64,000 bases of DNA from Candidatus Kaiserbacteria bacterium (GCA_031430855.1 JANPCG010000013.1:26347-90346); one strand, 5' to 3'. Shown: positions 1 through 10,464, counted from the first letter of the stretch. Program-made: numbers and translations. Notes: generated by a model not told the origin, from the sequence alone.

Positions 1-15
1 TATACTAATTAGTAT

Positions 16-1251
16 ATGAAGCAAATTAGTAGTATAAACGGAAAAGTTGTAGGGGTAGTTTTAACAGTAATTGTTGGTGTTGTAATGCTGGTGCCCGTTG
101 GCGCCAGTGCCGCATCATGTAGTTTTACTCGAGATTTACAAATGGGGGTAATGGGGGACGATGTAAAGTGTCTTCAGCAGTACTTAAATGGAGCGGGCTT
201 TAAAATTGCTGAGACAGGACCAGGATCGGTCGGTAAAGAAACGGGTGAATACAAAACCCTGACTGAAGCTGCAGTGGTTGCCTGGCAGAAAGCCAATCAG
301 CTGTCGCCAGCAAGTGGCTACTTTGGACCAAAATCACGTCAAATGTATGCGAGTCTATCAACGGGTGTGTCAACCAAGCCGGTCGTTCCGACGACTCCCG
401 GTACCGTCTCGCTAGAAGCACAAGTAGAGTTACTTAAAAAACAACTAGAGGCAGCAGGTAAACCCGTAGTAGTAAAACCGGTACCAGCCAAACCTGTTGA
501 CAGGGGTGAAGAGCAGGGTGTTGAAGATCTGATGTTGCAGGCTCTTGATGATATGGAAGAGGTTCAGGATGGAATAGATGATAGTAATGACGCAGATATT
601 ATTGAAGAGGCAGAAGACTCACTCAAAGATGCACAGGCCGATTTCTTTGATGCTTTGCGGGCATACGTAGATGAGGATTATGGTGATGCTAAAGATTTCT
701 TTAATGATGCCCTAGATTCGCTCGAAGATGCGCTTGATGCCGTTGGAGCCGGCTCCGATAAAAGTGACGCGGAAGATTTGATTGACGAGGTCGATAACCA
801 AATTGATGAAGTTGAAGTTTTAATTGAGGAGGCTGATGCTGATGGGGAAGCTACGAGTGATGCTGAAGATTTGCTTGATGAGGCAAAAGATTTGCTTGAT
901 GAAGCAGAAACCGCTCTTGATGAAGGGGAGTATGAAGACGCACTTGATTTAGCTGAAGAGGCTGAGGATGTAGTAAAAGATGCCGAAGATGCAATTGGAG
1001 AAGATGGCAATAGTTCAGACGTAGGAGATCTCCTTGATGACGCACGAGATGACCTCGATGACGCCCGAGATGCCGTCGATACTGCTCTTGATGACGATGA
1101 AGATGTAGGAGAAGCGGAAGATCTCTTGGACGAAGCGGAAGATCTCCTCGATGACGCCGAAGATGCTCTTGATGATGACGACGAAGACGAGGCTGAAGAT
1201 TTAATTGATGAAGCGCTTGATTTAATTGATGAGGCACTAGATGAGTTCTAG
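16..1251 (+). CDS. Secreted peptidoglycan-binding domain protein with long Asp/Glu-rich helical repeat tail
   Basis: Signal peptide, then PG-binding-1-like motif (DVKCLQQYL...TEAAVVAWQ..N.LSPASGYFGPKSR); C-terminal ~250 aa of repeated EAEDLLDEA-type units. Confidence 0.75.
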   Translation: MKQISSINGKVVGVVLTVIVGVVMLVPVGASAASCSFTRDLQMGVMGDDVKCLQQYLNGAGFKIAETGPGSVGKETGEYKTLTEAAVVAWQKANQLSPASGYFGPKSRQMYASLSTGVSTKPVVPTTPGTVSLEAQVELLKKQLEAAGKPVVVKPVPAKPVDRGEEQGVEDLMLQALDDMEEVQDGIDDSNDADIIEEAEDSLKDAQADFFDALRAYVDEDYGDAKDFFNDALDSLEDALDAVGAGSDKSDAEDLIDEVDNQIDEVEVLIEEADADGEATSDAEDLLDEAKDLLDEAETALDEGEYEDALDLAEEAEDVVKDAEDAIGEDGNSSDVGDLLDDARDDLDDARDAVDTALDDDEDVGEAEDLLDEAEDLLDDAEDALDDDDEDEAEDLIDEALDLIDEALDEF

Positions 1252-1265
1252 ATTTACCTAAATAG

Positions 1266-1306
1266 ACAAAAAACAACGAGATAATAATCTCGTTGTTTTT
1301 TTGTTT
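1266..1306. terminator. Bidirectional intrinsic terminator between convergent genes
   Basis: aaaaaacaacgagat-aata-atctcgttgttttttt inverted repeat with A/T tails. Confidence 0.75.
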
Positions 1307-1315
1307 AGGGAGTTA

Positions 1316-2200
1316 TTATATGGTGCTCGTAGCGGTAGTTGTCGAAACGTCAGTTGAGGTGGCGCTGGTATCAGTAGGAGGGGTATCGTTTGCGGTCTTG
1401 GTCTCACGGTATTCTGTACCAAGGTAAGTCGCCGCTGTAATAATTCTATATGTTTCGCCGATTGCTAATATGGCTTTAGTAATATTTCCGCTCGCTACGG
1501 CTGGTTCTACGCGGTCAAGATAGTTTTCACTACTCCGCATCGTGCTGGTTGAAAAATCTGTGACGGCGAGTGCCTGTTCTACAGTTTGGAGTTGTTCCGT
1601 CAAATAGGTATAGGCTGTTTCTACTGATTCGGTCGCAACAAAACTCTCGGCCCGATCACGGTAGAGACGTACTGCCTCTTGACGAATGTCTTCCATGCTA
1701 TCTCCTGCGCGGAGCAGTTTGGGATCATTTTCGGTTAATTCTTCCATTGCTGAAGCGATACCGGCAAACTCATTGACGGTATTGAGGAGGTCTGTTTTAG
1801 GGAACGCGCTGTCAATTGATGAGCTTGCAATAGATGAGAGGCTGTTCCAGTGTGAGGTTGAATTTTTCATTAACACATCGAGAGCGGCATCAGACACAGT
1901 ATCTGCAAAGGTAAGCTGCTTTGCTTCTGCAAAGCGTTTCTGAAGTAAGGTAACTTGGTACGAGGCCTTACTAGCACTCCGCACATGGGTAGCTTCAATT
2001 CCTGTTTCGAGTACATTTGTTTTAAGTCCATATAAAGCTTCTCCTGGAAGGCTTTGTAGCGTCGCATAAACGCCAATCGAAAGACCAATAATGATAACTA
2101 TACTAATAACACCGATTGGGCGGGTGAGACGTAGTGGTCGGGAAGGGTTTGTGGGTAACGGTTCATGGATATTTTCGTCAGATTGTGGTGTTGTGGTCAT
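1316..2200 (-). CDS. Membrane-anchored DUF5667-like protein
   Basis: N-terminal TM helix followed by SLPGEALYGLK motif typical of DUF5667; Thr/Ser-rich tail. Confidence 0.55.
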   Translation of the reverse strand: MTTTPQSDENIHEPLPTNPSRPLRLTRPIGVISIVIIIGLSIGVYATLQSLPGEALYGLKTNVLETGIEATHVRSASKASYQVTLLQKRFAEAKQLTFADTVSDAALDVLMKNSTSHWNSLSSIASSSIDSAFPKTDLLNTVNEFAGIASAMEELTENDPKLLRAGDSMEDIRQEAVRLYRDRAESFVATESVETAYTYLTEQLQTVEQALAVTDFSTSTMRSSENYLDRVEPAVASGNITKAILAIGETYRIITAATYLGTEYRETKTANDTPPTDTSATSTDVSTTTATSTI

Positions 2201-2540
2201 ACCTTTATGACGGCGTTAGTTTATTTGTATTACACTACTTTGTCTCGTCTGGTTTGTAATTAATCAGTCATTTTTTCGGCATAACAGAAGCCAGCGATGA
2301 ATCAAGTAGTGGAACACGTTACCGTATAAATTTCCATACAATACTTGAGCTCGTTGGTTTAGTCATCTAAACCCATTCTGTATGCAAGAGCAAAAAAAAG
2401 ACATGGGTATCAATAAAACCCCTGCGACACCCACACCACTTCCAAAAAAGGAAGATGGCACTCACAAGAACTAACGCTTTGAGTTCTCTTAAAAACACCC
2501 GTCAGGGTGTTTTTAAGGTATGGTTTGGGTATGATACTAT

Positions 2541-2933
2541 ATGAATACTATGGAACAAAAATTGGATACAGTAGCTGAGTTTTCTTTGATAAAGCGAGCC
2601 AAGAGTTTTAGTCATGCTGGTCGTGGGCTGTGGGTATTTGTGCGTACTACGCATAATGCCTGGATACATCTGCTTATTTTAATCGTGGCTATTACCCTCG
2701 GGTGGTATTTCGAGATTACTACGACTGAATGGTTATTTCTTATTTTTGCCGGTGGATTTGTTTTGTGTGCAGAAGCGTTTAATACGGCAATTGAAATTGA
2801 TATCGATTTAACGTCACCTGAGTATCATCCGTATGCTCGTGATACCAAAGATGTCGCTGCGGGAGCTGTTTTAATTGCCGCGCTGACTGCTCTACTGATT
2901 GGTGTCAGTATCTTTGTGCCGTATCTCGTCTAA
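2541..2933 (+). CDS. dgkA: Diacylglycerol/undecaprenol kinase (DgkA family)
   Basis: SFSHAGRG, EAFNTAIE and KDVAAGAVL motifs; three TM segments. Confidence 0.9.
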   Translation: MNTMEQKLDTVAEFSLIKRAKSFSHAGRGLWVFVRTTHNAWIHLLILIVAITLGWYFEITTTEWLFLIFAGGFVLCAEAFNTAIEIDIDLTSPEYHPYARDTKDVAAGAVLIAALTALLIGVSIFVPYLV

Positions 2934-3995
2934 TTATTTACCTCTCCCAAACGCGGTTTTCAAAGCGGCAACGTGTTCGGCGTAGGTTTCAGTGCAGGTA
3001 AATGCGCCGTCATTAGTATGAAAGTAAAAGAGGCAGTTCGTGTCTCGGGGATTGAGGGCGGCAATGATAGCATCAATTGAAGGGTTGGCAATTGGTCCTG
3101 GAGGGAGACCAGCTTTTTTGTAGGTGTTGTAAGGGGATTCGATGGCTTTATCAGCGGGTATTGGTACGGGCCACCAGTTGGCAAGGTTGGGTGTTTTTTT
3201 GTTTGTGCTCTTGGCATATTGCATAGTAGCATCGAGTTGAAGACGCATATCAATAAAGAGTCGGTTCCAAATAATGCCAGAAATGTAGCGCATATCTTCA
3301 AAGTCATACGCCTCGCGTTCAATTAAAGACGCGATAATAAGCGCGTCGCGCAGCGGTACTACTGCTTCAATGTCACTACTGTAGCGAGACCGAACTTCTG
3401 CATTAAATCGGTCGGCAATCACGCGAGCCACGGTATCTCCGTCGGCATTTTTATCGACGACATACGTTCCTGGATACAGTTTTCCATCAGCGAGGACTGG
3501 TACCTCACTTTCAATTTGCTCTAAAAAAAGTGTTTGCTCAACCTTATTCCAACCTAATATTTTGGTGAAATTGGCAATAACTTCTTCTTTTCGTTGTCCC
3601 GATTCAATTACGAGTACGCGACTAATTGGAGAAGCGAGGTTTTGATACCAATCCATCAATGCTAGGCGGGCCACCAATCTAGTTCGCCAACTATTTTCTA
3701 GTGTTGGTGGGGTGTAATTAGAGGCAACATAGGTATTGAGATAGGTTTCTATGTCAGGGTTTTCGGTAACTGTTTTTGTCTCCGGATCAACCCCAATTGG
3801 AAATATACGTGAATTTATTTCAACGCCACTCATTTTTGTAATGGGCATCTCACCTATGGCTGTTGTTTTAGTGCCAATTAAAAATACTAACCCAATCGTG
3901 ACGAGTACAGAGAGAAGTACCGCCAACCAAATTAGTGGTCGCCAGTACCAGCCAAGTAGTTTGGTTTGTGGCTTTGCATTAAAACTAGGTCGCAT
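2934..3995 (-). CDS. mltG: Endolytic transglycosylase MltG (YceG family)
   Basis: IIASLIEREA, NRL..MRLQLDAT, SPYNTY..GLPPGPIANP motifs; N-terminal TM. Confidence 0.9.
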   Translation of the reverse strand: MRPSFNAKPQTKLLGWYWRPLIWLAVLLSVLVTIGLVFLIGTKTTAIGEMPITKMSGVEINSRIFPIGVDPETKTVTENPDIETYLNTYVASNYTPPTLENSWRTRLVARLALMDWYQNLASPISRVLVIESGQRKEEVIANFTKILGWNKVEQTLFLEQIESEVPVLADGKLYPGTYVVDKNADGDTVARVIADRFNAEVRSRYSSDIEAVVPLRDALIIASLIEREAYDFEDMRYISGIIWNRLFIDMRLQLDATMQYAKSTNKKTPNLANWWPVPIPADKAIESPYNTYKKAGLPPGPIANPSIDAIIAALNPRDTNCLFYFHTNDGAFTCTETYAEHVAALKTAFGRGK

Positions 3996-4072
3996 AATGG
4001 TTTAAATTATGGCATAGACATCGCAAGATTGTAAGTAATTTTATACGCTTTCTGAGTGGTATACTTGAAAAT

Positions 4073-4495
4073 ATGTTTAAAAAAATACTGATTGGGTTCT
4101 TTGCGTCGTTAGGAATAATTTTCTTCTGTATCCTGGTTGGTCTCGCGTATCTAATTATCGCTGATCCTTTCAATCTACGCCCGATGGTCTCATTGTTGCT
4201 TCAAACTCAAGCCGAACAGTCGGAAAGTAGTGGGGGTACTATCATAAAAGACGAGTTGCGAGGTGCCCCGGTGCCGACTGGAGAAAGTGATATTTCGGTG
4301 GAGTCGGCTACTGATATTTCTGTTACGAGCGAGCAGTCGAAGGCAATGGAATCAGTTGGTCTTTCTCCGAATTCAATTTCAGCAGATCAAGAGGCTTGTT
4401 TTGTGGGTATTCTCGGACAGGCTCGTGTTGATGAGGTTAAAGCCGGAGCTGTACCTTCAGCGAGTGAGTTCTTCAGTGCGCGTGAGTGCTTGTAA
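4073..4495 (+). CDS. Hypothetical membrane-anchored protein
   Basis: ORF with N-terminal TM helix; extended -10 (TGGTATACT) just upstream. Confidence 0.65.
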   Translation: MFKKILIGFFASLGIIFFCILVGLAYLIIADPFNLRPMVSLLLQTQAEQSESSGGTIIKDELRGAPVPTGESDISVESATDISVTSEQSKAMESVGLSPNSISADQEACFVGILGQARVDEVKAGAVPSASEFFSARECL

Positions 4496-4539
4496 GATGC
4501 AATCATTTTTCGGTATCGAAAATCAAATTTTATGCTAGT

Positions 4540-5307
4540 ATGAGCGCCATGCAACAAGAAATTGTCTATATATTTGGCAAACACGCGGTGGCCGAAGCCC
4601 TTCAGTATCGGCCCGGGGTGGTTCGTGAACTTTACATCGAACATGGTTTTAATGACGAGGGTATCTTTGCTCATCTATCACATGCTCCAGTACCTCCTAA
4701 AGTGCTCAATCCAAAACGTTTGCCTGGTGGTTTACGGGGTGACGCTGTTCATCAGGGGATTATTGCGGGTATCGCCATTTCTGAGCTGATGGTGCCCTAC
4801 GCTGATTTTATTTCAGGTCATGCCCCTACGCCTGATACCTGCGTACTCATTCTGGGAGAGGTTCAAGATCCCCATAATGTAGGGGCGGTAATCAGGAGTG
4901 CTGCTGCCTTTGGAGTAAGTGCGGTAATGATTCCCCCACATAATCAGTCGCCAGTCACGGGGACGGTCGTTAAAGTATCTGCGGGAATGGCATTTCGGAT
5001 TCCTTTGGTTGAAATTAGTAATGTAAACAGCACGATTCGTGATCTTCAAAATCGAGGTTTTTGGGTTTATGGATTAGCGGGCGAAGGGTCTGTTTCAGTT
5101 ACTACAGAAGAGTTTACGAAGCCAACGGCGTTTGTGGTAGGGAATGAAGGTATGGGGTTACGAGAAAAAACTCGAGAAGTATGCGATATATTAGTAAATA
5201 TCCCTATGCATGCCCGTTGTGAGTCATTAAATGCAGCGGCTTCGGCGGCAATTGTCATGTATGCCTGGAGTACGCAACATCCGCATGCTTTGTCCCCGAG
5301 CCGGTAA
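4540..5307 (+). CDS. rlmB: 23S rRNA 2'-O-methyltransferase, TrmH/SpoU family (RlmB-like)
   Basis: IFGKHAVAEAL, HQG, QDPHNVGAVIRSAAAFG, GNEG.G, ESLN motifs; start moved to ATG 4540. Confidence 0.85.
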   Translation: MSAMQQEIVYIFGKHAVAEALQYRPGVVRELYIEHGFNDEGIFAHLSHAPVPPKVLNPKRLPGGLRGDAVHQGIIAGIAISELMVPYADFISGHAPTPDTCVLILGEVQDPHNVGAVIRSAAAFGVSAVMIPPHNQSPVTGTVVKVSAGMAFRIPLVEISNVNSTIRDLQNRGFWVYGLAGEGSVSVTTEEFTKPTAFVVGNEGMGLREKTREVCDILVNIPMHARCESLNAAASAAIVMYAWSTQHPHALSPSR

Positions 5308-5395
5308 ATTTGTGGGGTACCGAGGAAGGGCCAAATGTGCTACCCTAATGAGCATACAACGGAGGTTATTTTGTCATTATATTTAACGTAATCGT

Positions 5396-6385
5396 ATGGG
5401 AGAAAATACAGAAACTAATAAAACACAGACTGACAGTACTACCAGTGGATCAACTCCTGAATTGGAAACGGAAGTGACGTCAACTGAAACCTCTTCAAAT
5501 CCAGGAGATGTTACTAGTTCCTCGTCTGATACAGAAATCAATACACAGGTTCCTGTACCAGATGTAACTGAATCTGCCGAACCAGTTGTTACGGAAGAAG
5601 TTGCATCTGAAGAAGTGGCGCCTATTACCACTGCCGAAGTTGCACCAGAGGCTAGTTCACCAGAGTTGTCAAACGTACGTCAGCGAGTAATTACCCAGTA
5701 TGCCATCGCAACTATTATTATTTTGGTTATGGGAGCAGGACTTTTGTATGCACTTGAAGAGCAGGGTCGAGTATCAACAGGAGTGTTTGATTCTGTTACC
5801 GAATTAGTTAAGCCTGCGCCTGCAGCGGCTATTGTTAATGGGGTAAAAATTCCATTAGCACAATACGAAAAGAATCGAGAGCAGCTTATCCAAACTGCTA
5901 CCCTGCAAGGACTTGATCCAACCAATGAAAGTATCGCTACTCAAATTAACGCGCAAGCTTTAGATGTGCTCGTGAACACTGAGTTGCTTCGTCAGGCTGC
6001 TCTGGCTGACGGAATTACGGTGACGAAAGAGGATATCGATACTCGATATGAAGAAATTGTAGCTACCTTAGGCGGCGAAGAGCAGCTTGCAACTAAAATG
6101 ACCGAGCTCAACATTACTCCGGAAAGCTTACGGGTTGATATTGAAGGTGAAATCTTAATTAAAAAACACCTCGATACAGCGGTTGACCTAAGTTCTGTCA
6201 CTATCGATCAAAAGGAAGTGCAAGCGGTGTATGATCAGGCTAATACACCAGGAGCTGATATTCCACCATTCGCTGAAGTAAAAGCTCAAATTGAAGCTCA
6301 GCTAAAAGCGACGAAAGAACAAGAGAAAATTGGTAAATACATTGAAACTTTAAAAACAGAGGCTGAGATTGAAACGAAGATTTAA
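5396..6385 (+). CDS. SurA N-terminal domain-containing membrane-anchored chaperone
   Basis: Acidic disordered N-terminus, TM helix, AAIVNG.KI...LDVLVNTELLRQAA SurA_N signature, PPFAEVK..IE..L. Confidence 0.7.
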   Translation: MGENTETNKTQTDSTTSGSTPELETEVTSTETSSNPGDVTSSSSDTEINTQVPVPDVTESAEPVVTEEVASEEVAPITTAEVAPEASSPELSNVRQRVITQYAIATIIILVMGAGLLYALEEQGRVSTGVFDSVTELVKPAPAAAIVNGVKIPLAQYEKNREQLIQTATLQGLDPTNESIATQINAQALDVLVNTELLRQAALADGITVTKEDIDTRYEEIVATLGGEEQLATKMTELNITPESLRVDIEGEILIKKHLDTAVDLSSVTIDQKEVQAVYDQANTPGADIPPFAEVKAQIEAQLKATKEQEKIGKYIETLKTEAEIETKI

Positions 6386-6420
6386 TCACGTAGAAATCAA
6401 CAGGGTGTAACAAAAAAACT

Positions 6421-7674
6421 TTGAAACACACATTAGCAGAGGTAATTCAAGATATAACCTATCATCCCGAAGATCGGACTGAGCGCCTGCGCGCACTCTC
6501 GCTTCCGGAGCAAAGCGCCACCGTAGTGGCGCTTTCGCCGTATGTGCAACAGCAACTCCTGCAAGAACTAAAAACAGGAGAGATAGTGAACATCCTTGAT
6601 CACCTGGACTTATTAGCGGCACAAATTGTCCTGCGTAGAATTAAAGACATCAGGCGTCGACAAAAAATTGTGCAACAATTAAAATCCGAAGTAAAAGAAA
6701 AAGTTGAACATTTTTTACGATTTCACCCCAAAGCCACTCTTTCATTGGTACACTTTAATTATGTGTTGCTACCAGCTAAGAGCACTATTGGAGACGCAGG
6801 TGATATTATTGATATACACTATAAGCAAACGGGTAAATTTCCTGAAGTTCTCGTCCAGTATGACGGGACGCTGGTGGGTGAGGTCTCGCTTGCGACTTTG
6901 GTACGCGAGCGTAATACGTTGTTGCTAGAGCATTTCATAAGTCCGGTAACGACCCTTTCGTTTCATGCAGAGATGTCAGAAATTATCGAGACGTTAACTG
7001 TTTCTAAACGAAAAAAGGTAATTGTGCTTGATGCTGATGAAAGTGTCCTGGGAATTATTTATGCTGATGATGCGATTGACCTCTTTGGAAAAATGCCGGC
7101 TGAATCACTCTATAGTTTCGCCGGAGTGGACAGTAGTGAACGACCATTTGATAGTTCCTATGATAAGTTCCGAAATCGATATAAATGGCTGGTACTCAAC
7201 TTAGCGACCGCTTTTTTTGCTGGGTCAGTCATTTTACTGTTTCAAGACACAGTTGAAGCATTGGCCATTCTTGCGGTGTATATTCCGATTGTAGCAGGGA
7301 TGGGTGGTAATGCGGCGAGTCAGACGTTTGCAGTTATGTTACGTGGTATTACCTTGGGAACTGTATCATTAAAAATTGCGGGTCCTGCCATCCTGCGAGA
7401 ATCGATAGCGGGACTTTACAACGGCTTGGCAATTGGAGCTATTGTATCCGTTATCTCCGTTCTCTTTAATGGAAGTGCATTGCTTGGTGTGGTCGTTGCG
7501 CTCGCCATGATAGCTGTACATGTGGTAGCTGGATTCTTTGGTGCACTGGTGCCACTTCTCGTCAAAGTGGCAGGAAAAGATCCCGCTGCTGTCTCAATGA
7601 TTTTTATTACCACTGCGACTGATGTATTCGGTCTCTTGGCCCTCCTCGGTTTTGGTGCCCTCCTTTTGATGTAG
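6421..7674 (+). CDS. mgtE: Magnesium transporter MgtE
   Basis: CBS-like region, then R.KWL, PIVAGMGGNAASQT and DPA..S..FITTATDV MgtE motifs. Confidence 0.85.
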   Translation: MKHTLAEVIQDITYHPEDRTERLRALSLPEQSATVVALSPYVQQQLLQELKTGEIVNILDHLDLLAAQIVLRRIKDIRRRQKIVQQLKSEVKEKVEHFLRFHPKATLSLVHFNYVLLPAKSTIGDAGDIIDIHYKQTGKFPEVLVQYDGTLVGEVSLATLVRERNTLLLEHFISPVTTLSFHAEMSEIIETLTVSKRKKVIVLDADESVLGIIYADDAIDLFGKMPAESLYSFAGVDSSERPFDSSYDKFRNRYKWLVLNLATAFFAGSVILLFQDTVEALAILAVYIPIVAGMGGNAASQTFAVMLRGITLGTVSLKIAGPAILRESIAGLYNGLAIGAIVSVISVLFNGSALLGVVVALAMIAVHVVAGFFGALVPLLVKVAGKDPAAVSMIFITTATDVFGLLALLGFGALLLM

Positions 7675-7684
7675 TCAAAAAACG

Positions 7685-8038
7685 TTATTGCGTGTGTTTG
7701 CAGGTTCCGCGAACCGTTAGTTCTAGTCCAGTAATAGAAAATTCCTTCAATCCAAGCAAAGCCTTGATTTTTTCATCAGGCGCGTCAAAGTGAATTACTT
7801 TTTTGCAGTCACTGCAAACAGCGTGGTGATGGGGACGGGCTTGGTATTCGTATGTAGCTTCGTTGCCGTCTAGGTGTAATTTTTTAATAATGCCCTCGGC
7901 TACAAACAAATCAAGGTTACGATAAATAGTTACTTGGTCGATCGCCGGCAGCAGTTTGTGAATAGTACTTGCCGACAGTGTCCCGTGACTTTTTTCGAGC
8001 GTCGCAATAATTTCTTTACGGTGTTTAGTGAGTCGCAT
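7685..8038 (-). CDS. Fur-family metal-responsive regulator
   Basis: RLTKHR, TIYRNL, HHHAVCSDC and C-terminal GTC motifs. Confidence 0.9.
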   Translation of the reverse strand: MRLTKHRKEIIATLEKSHGTLSASTIHKLLPAIDQVTIYRNLDLFVAEGIIKKLHLDGNEATYEYQARPHHHAVCSDCKKVIHFDAPDEKIKALLGLKEFSITGLELTVRGTCKHTQ

Positions 8039-8070
8039 AGTATGAATAGTGTATCGTTAAGTGTGTATAA

Positions 8071-8125
8071 ATGCAATTTATTTGCATATTTATAGTGAAT
8101 TTGGTAGTATGCAAATCAGTTGCGT
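8071..8125. promoter_or_regulatory. Two TGCAA-N5-TTGC palindromes, candidate operator for the Fur-family regulator
   Basis: ATGCAAtttatTTGCAT (8071-8087) and ATGCAAatcagTTGCGT (8109-8125) between divergent fur and ZIP genes. Confidence 0.5.
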
Positions 8126-8162
8126 TTGGCTGATTAATACGTTTTTAATTTATAGTGAGTAT

Positions 8163-9026
8163 ATGTTAATAGAGATTTTATTGGCGGCTGGCGCGATTAC
8201 TGTGGCGTCACTCGTGGGGGTATTGTTTACCGCCAAAGTGGCGCGGGAGTTTTTGTCCAGTCGGTTATCATTCTTGGTGTCTTTTTCAGCGGGAGTTTTT
8301 TTAGTCACTTCAGGAGCTTTAGCGCTTGAGGTGTTTGAAATTTACGAGGGTGCACTATGGCAAGGGATTGGATTAATTTTAGTGGGGTATGGTCTCGCGT
8401 GGTTTGTAGAAAAAATGCTACCTGAGTCACACCATCATCATGATCCTTATGATCATGATGGACATACGCATACAAAAGTCGGAGCACGCAAACTTTTGAT
8501 TGGTGACGCAATTCATAATATCGGAGACGGAATTATTTTGGTGCCAGCCTTTTTAGTTTCGCCGGCACTCGGATTGGCGGTCACTGCATCGATTTTTATT
8601 CACGAAACACTACAGGAAATTTCTGAATTTTTTGTCCTTAAACAAGCTGGCTATAGTACGAGACGAGCGCTGACGTTAAACTTCCTGACCGCCAGTACTA
8701 TTTTTATTGGAGTAGCGTTAAGCTACGCCGCTATTGCAACCGAAGAAATGGAGGGGCTTTTGCTTGCGGTTGCGGCTGGATTTTTTATTCATGTGGTGGT
8801 GCACGACTTATTGCCACGTCCCCACCATCACGAAACTACCAAACGATTTTTTCAGCATGTGATATTTGTAGCCGTAGGCTTAATGTTGATGGCAGGTATT
8901 GCAAGCGCCCTCAGCGAAAGTCATACTCATGGTGTCGAGTCTGGAGTAGAACATACTGACGGCACACTACACAGTGAGGGAGATAGTCATGTGGATCATG
9001 AAAGTGAGGCGCAGGTTGGAGGGTAG
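8163..9026 (+). CDS. ZIP-family metal transporter
   Basis: SFSAGVFL, His-rich loop, GDAIHNIGDG, HETLQEISEF motifs; His-rich C-tail; start at ATG 8163. Confidence 0.9.
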   Translation: MLIEILLAAGAITVASLVGVLFTAKVAREFLSSRLSFLVSFSAGVFLVTSGALALEVFEIYEGALWQGIGLILVGYGLAWFVEKMLPESHHHHDPYDHDGHTHTKVGARKLLIGDAIHNIGDGIILVPAFLVSPALGLAVTASIFIHETLQEISEFFVLKQAGYSTRRALTLNFLTASTIFIGVALSYAAIATEEMEGLLLAVAAGFFIHVVVHDLLPRPHHHETTKRFFQHVIFVAVGLMLMAGIASALSESHTHGVESGVEHTDGTLHSEGDSHVDHESEAQVGG

Positions 9027-9045
9027 AATAGGTCATCTACAGATT

Positions 9046-9077
9046 AAAAAAGGGACGGGCATGGCCCGTCCCTTTTT
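9046..9077 (+). terminator. Intrinsic terminator
   Basis: aaaaagggacgggc-atg-gcccgtcccttttt. Confidence 0.75.
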
Positions 9078-9114
9078 GCTATACTGTGTCCATATTCATT
9101 AAGTTACATTACGT

Positions 9115-9996
9115 ATGTTTTGGTTTATCGTTCTACTGATTGCTGTCGTATTACTGCCGTCGATGGTGTATGTGGTGAAGGGGAAGACGGCGGCGATTTT
9201 GGAAACGTTTGGTCGGCCACACACGAACGCCGTGTTTCCAGGATTGCATGTAAAAATGCCCTGGCCAATTACTACTATTGTTTCCCGGGTAAATCTGCAG
9301 CTCCAAGAGATACACGCGGATGTATCAGTAAAAACCAGCGACAATGCTTTTATGATGTTGCCGGTTAAAGTGCAATATAAAGCCAGTGATGATGCTGCTG
9401 GTGCAGTTAAGGCGCATTATGAACTTGAGGCGCCAGAGAAACAGATTACGTCGTACGTCCTTAATAATGTGCGCCAAACTGCGTCAGGCATGGAGATGAC
9501 CGAACTCTACGCGAATCGTGATGCGGTTGAATCCCAGGTACAAACCGCACTCTCGGAACAGTTTGCACGGTTTGGGTACAGTATTGAGAATGTCCTCGTC
9601 GATGAACCGCAGCCAAGTGTTGAGGTGCGCGACGCTTTTAATAAAGTGATTGCGAGTAAGCGTTTGATGGAGGCTGCGCGTAACGAGGCTGAAGCAGCTC
9701 GCATTAAATTGGTTGGTGCAGCTCAGGCTGAAGCTGAGAGTAAGAAGCTTCAGGGTGAAGGTATGGCTGAGATGCGGACGGCAATTGCACGTGGGCTCGA
9801 AGAAGCTATGGAGACAATGAAAAAGGCTGGGTTGCAAAATGAAGTCGCTATCCAATTTCTCACTGACACCAACAGACTTGATACGATTACAAGTGCCGCG
9901 AGTCATGGGAATACCATTATTATCGATGCGGGTCCTGGAGGAATTAAGGATTTGGCTGGCATGGCAGCGATGCTTGAATCAATTAAAAATAAGTAA
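9115..9996 (+). CDS. SPFH/band-7 (stomatin/prohibitin) family protein
   Basis: N-terminal TM, ETFGR..PGLH.K.P, KTSDN, coiled-coil AEAE repeats. Confidence 0.9.
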   Translation: MFWFIVLLIAVVLLPSMVYVVKGKTAAILETFGRPHTNAVFPGLHVKMPWPITTIVSRVNLQLQEIHADVSVKTSDNAFMMLPVKVQYKASDDAAGAVKAHYELEAPEKQITSYVLNNVRQTASGMEMTELYANRDAVESQVQTALSEQFARFGYSIENVLVDEPQPSVEVRDAFNKVIASKRLMEAARNEAEAARIKLVGAAQAEAESKKLQGEGMAEMRTAIARGLEEAMETMKKAGLQNEVAIQFLTDTNRLDTITSAASHGNTIIIDAGPGGIKDLAGMAAMLESIKNK

Positions 9997-10059
9997 TTAA
10001 ATAATGTGTCGAGCAAATCGAGACAGGCGTAGCCTGTCTCGATTTGCTATACTGTGAGT

Positions 10060-10464
10060 ATGAATATACAAACATTTTTGACGCTGTACGCAGTTTCAGT
10101 GCCGGTCTTTTTTGCGATTGATATGGTGTGGCTCGGTTTTGTCGCGAGTAATTTTTATAAATCTCGGTTGGGTCATTTAATGGGGGATATTCATTGGCCG
10201 GCAGCAATTATATTCTACTTAGTATTTTTAGTAGGGCTCACCTTTTTTGCGACGTATCCCGCCTTGTTTAAAAATTCACTGATGACAGCAGCTATCCTTG
10301 GCGGACTATTTGGCTTCTTTACCTACGCTACCTACGATTTGACTAATCTCGCCACCCTCCGTGACTGGCCACTGTCCGTTACTATTGTCGACATGGTTTG
10401 GGGGACTATTCTCGGGGCATCAGTTTCTGTGGTAACGGTGTTGGTCTATGGGTTCTTTAACTAA
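10060..10464 (+). CDS. DUF2177-family membrane protein
   Basis: ID.VWLG, YATYDLTNLATLRDWP...VDMVWG motif. Confidence 0.8.
   Translation: MNIQTFLTLYAVSVPVFFAIDMVWLGFVASNFYKSRLGHLMGDIHWPAAIIFYLVFLVGLTFFATYPALFKNSLMTAAILGGLFGFFTYATYDLTNLATLRDWPLSVTIVDMVWGTILGASVSVVTVLVYGFFN

Noticed and set aside
678-1276. Antisense ORFs over the acidic repeat gene
   Set aside because: Shadow frames caused by low-complexity GAT/GAA codon usage.
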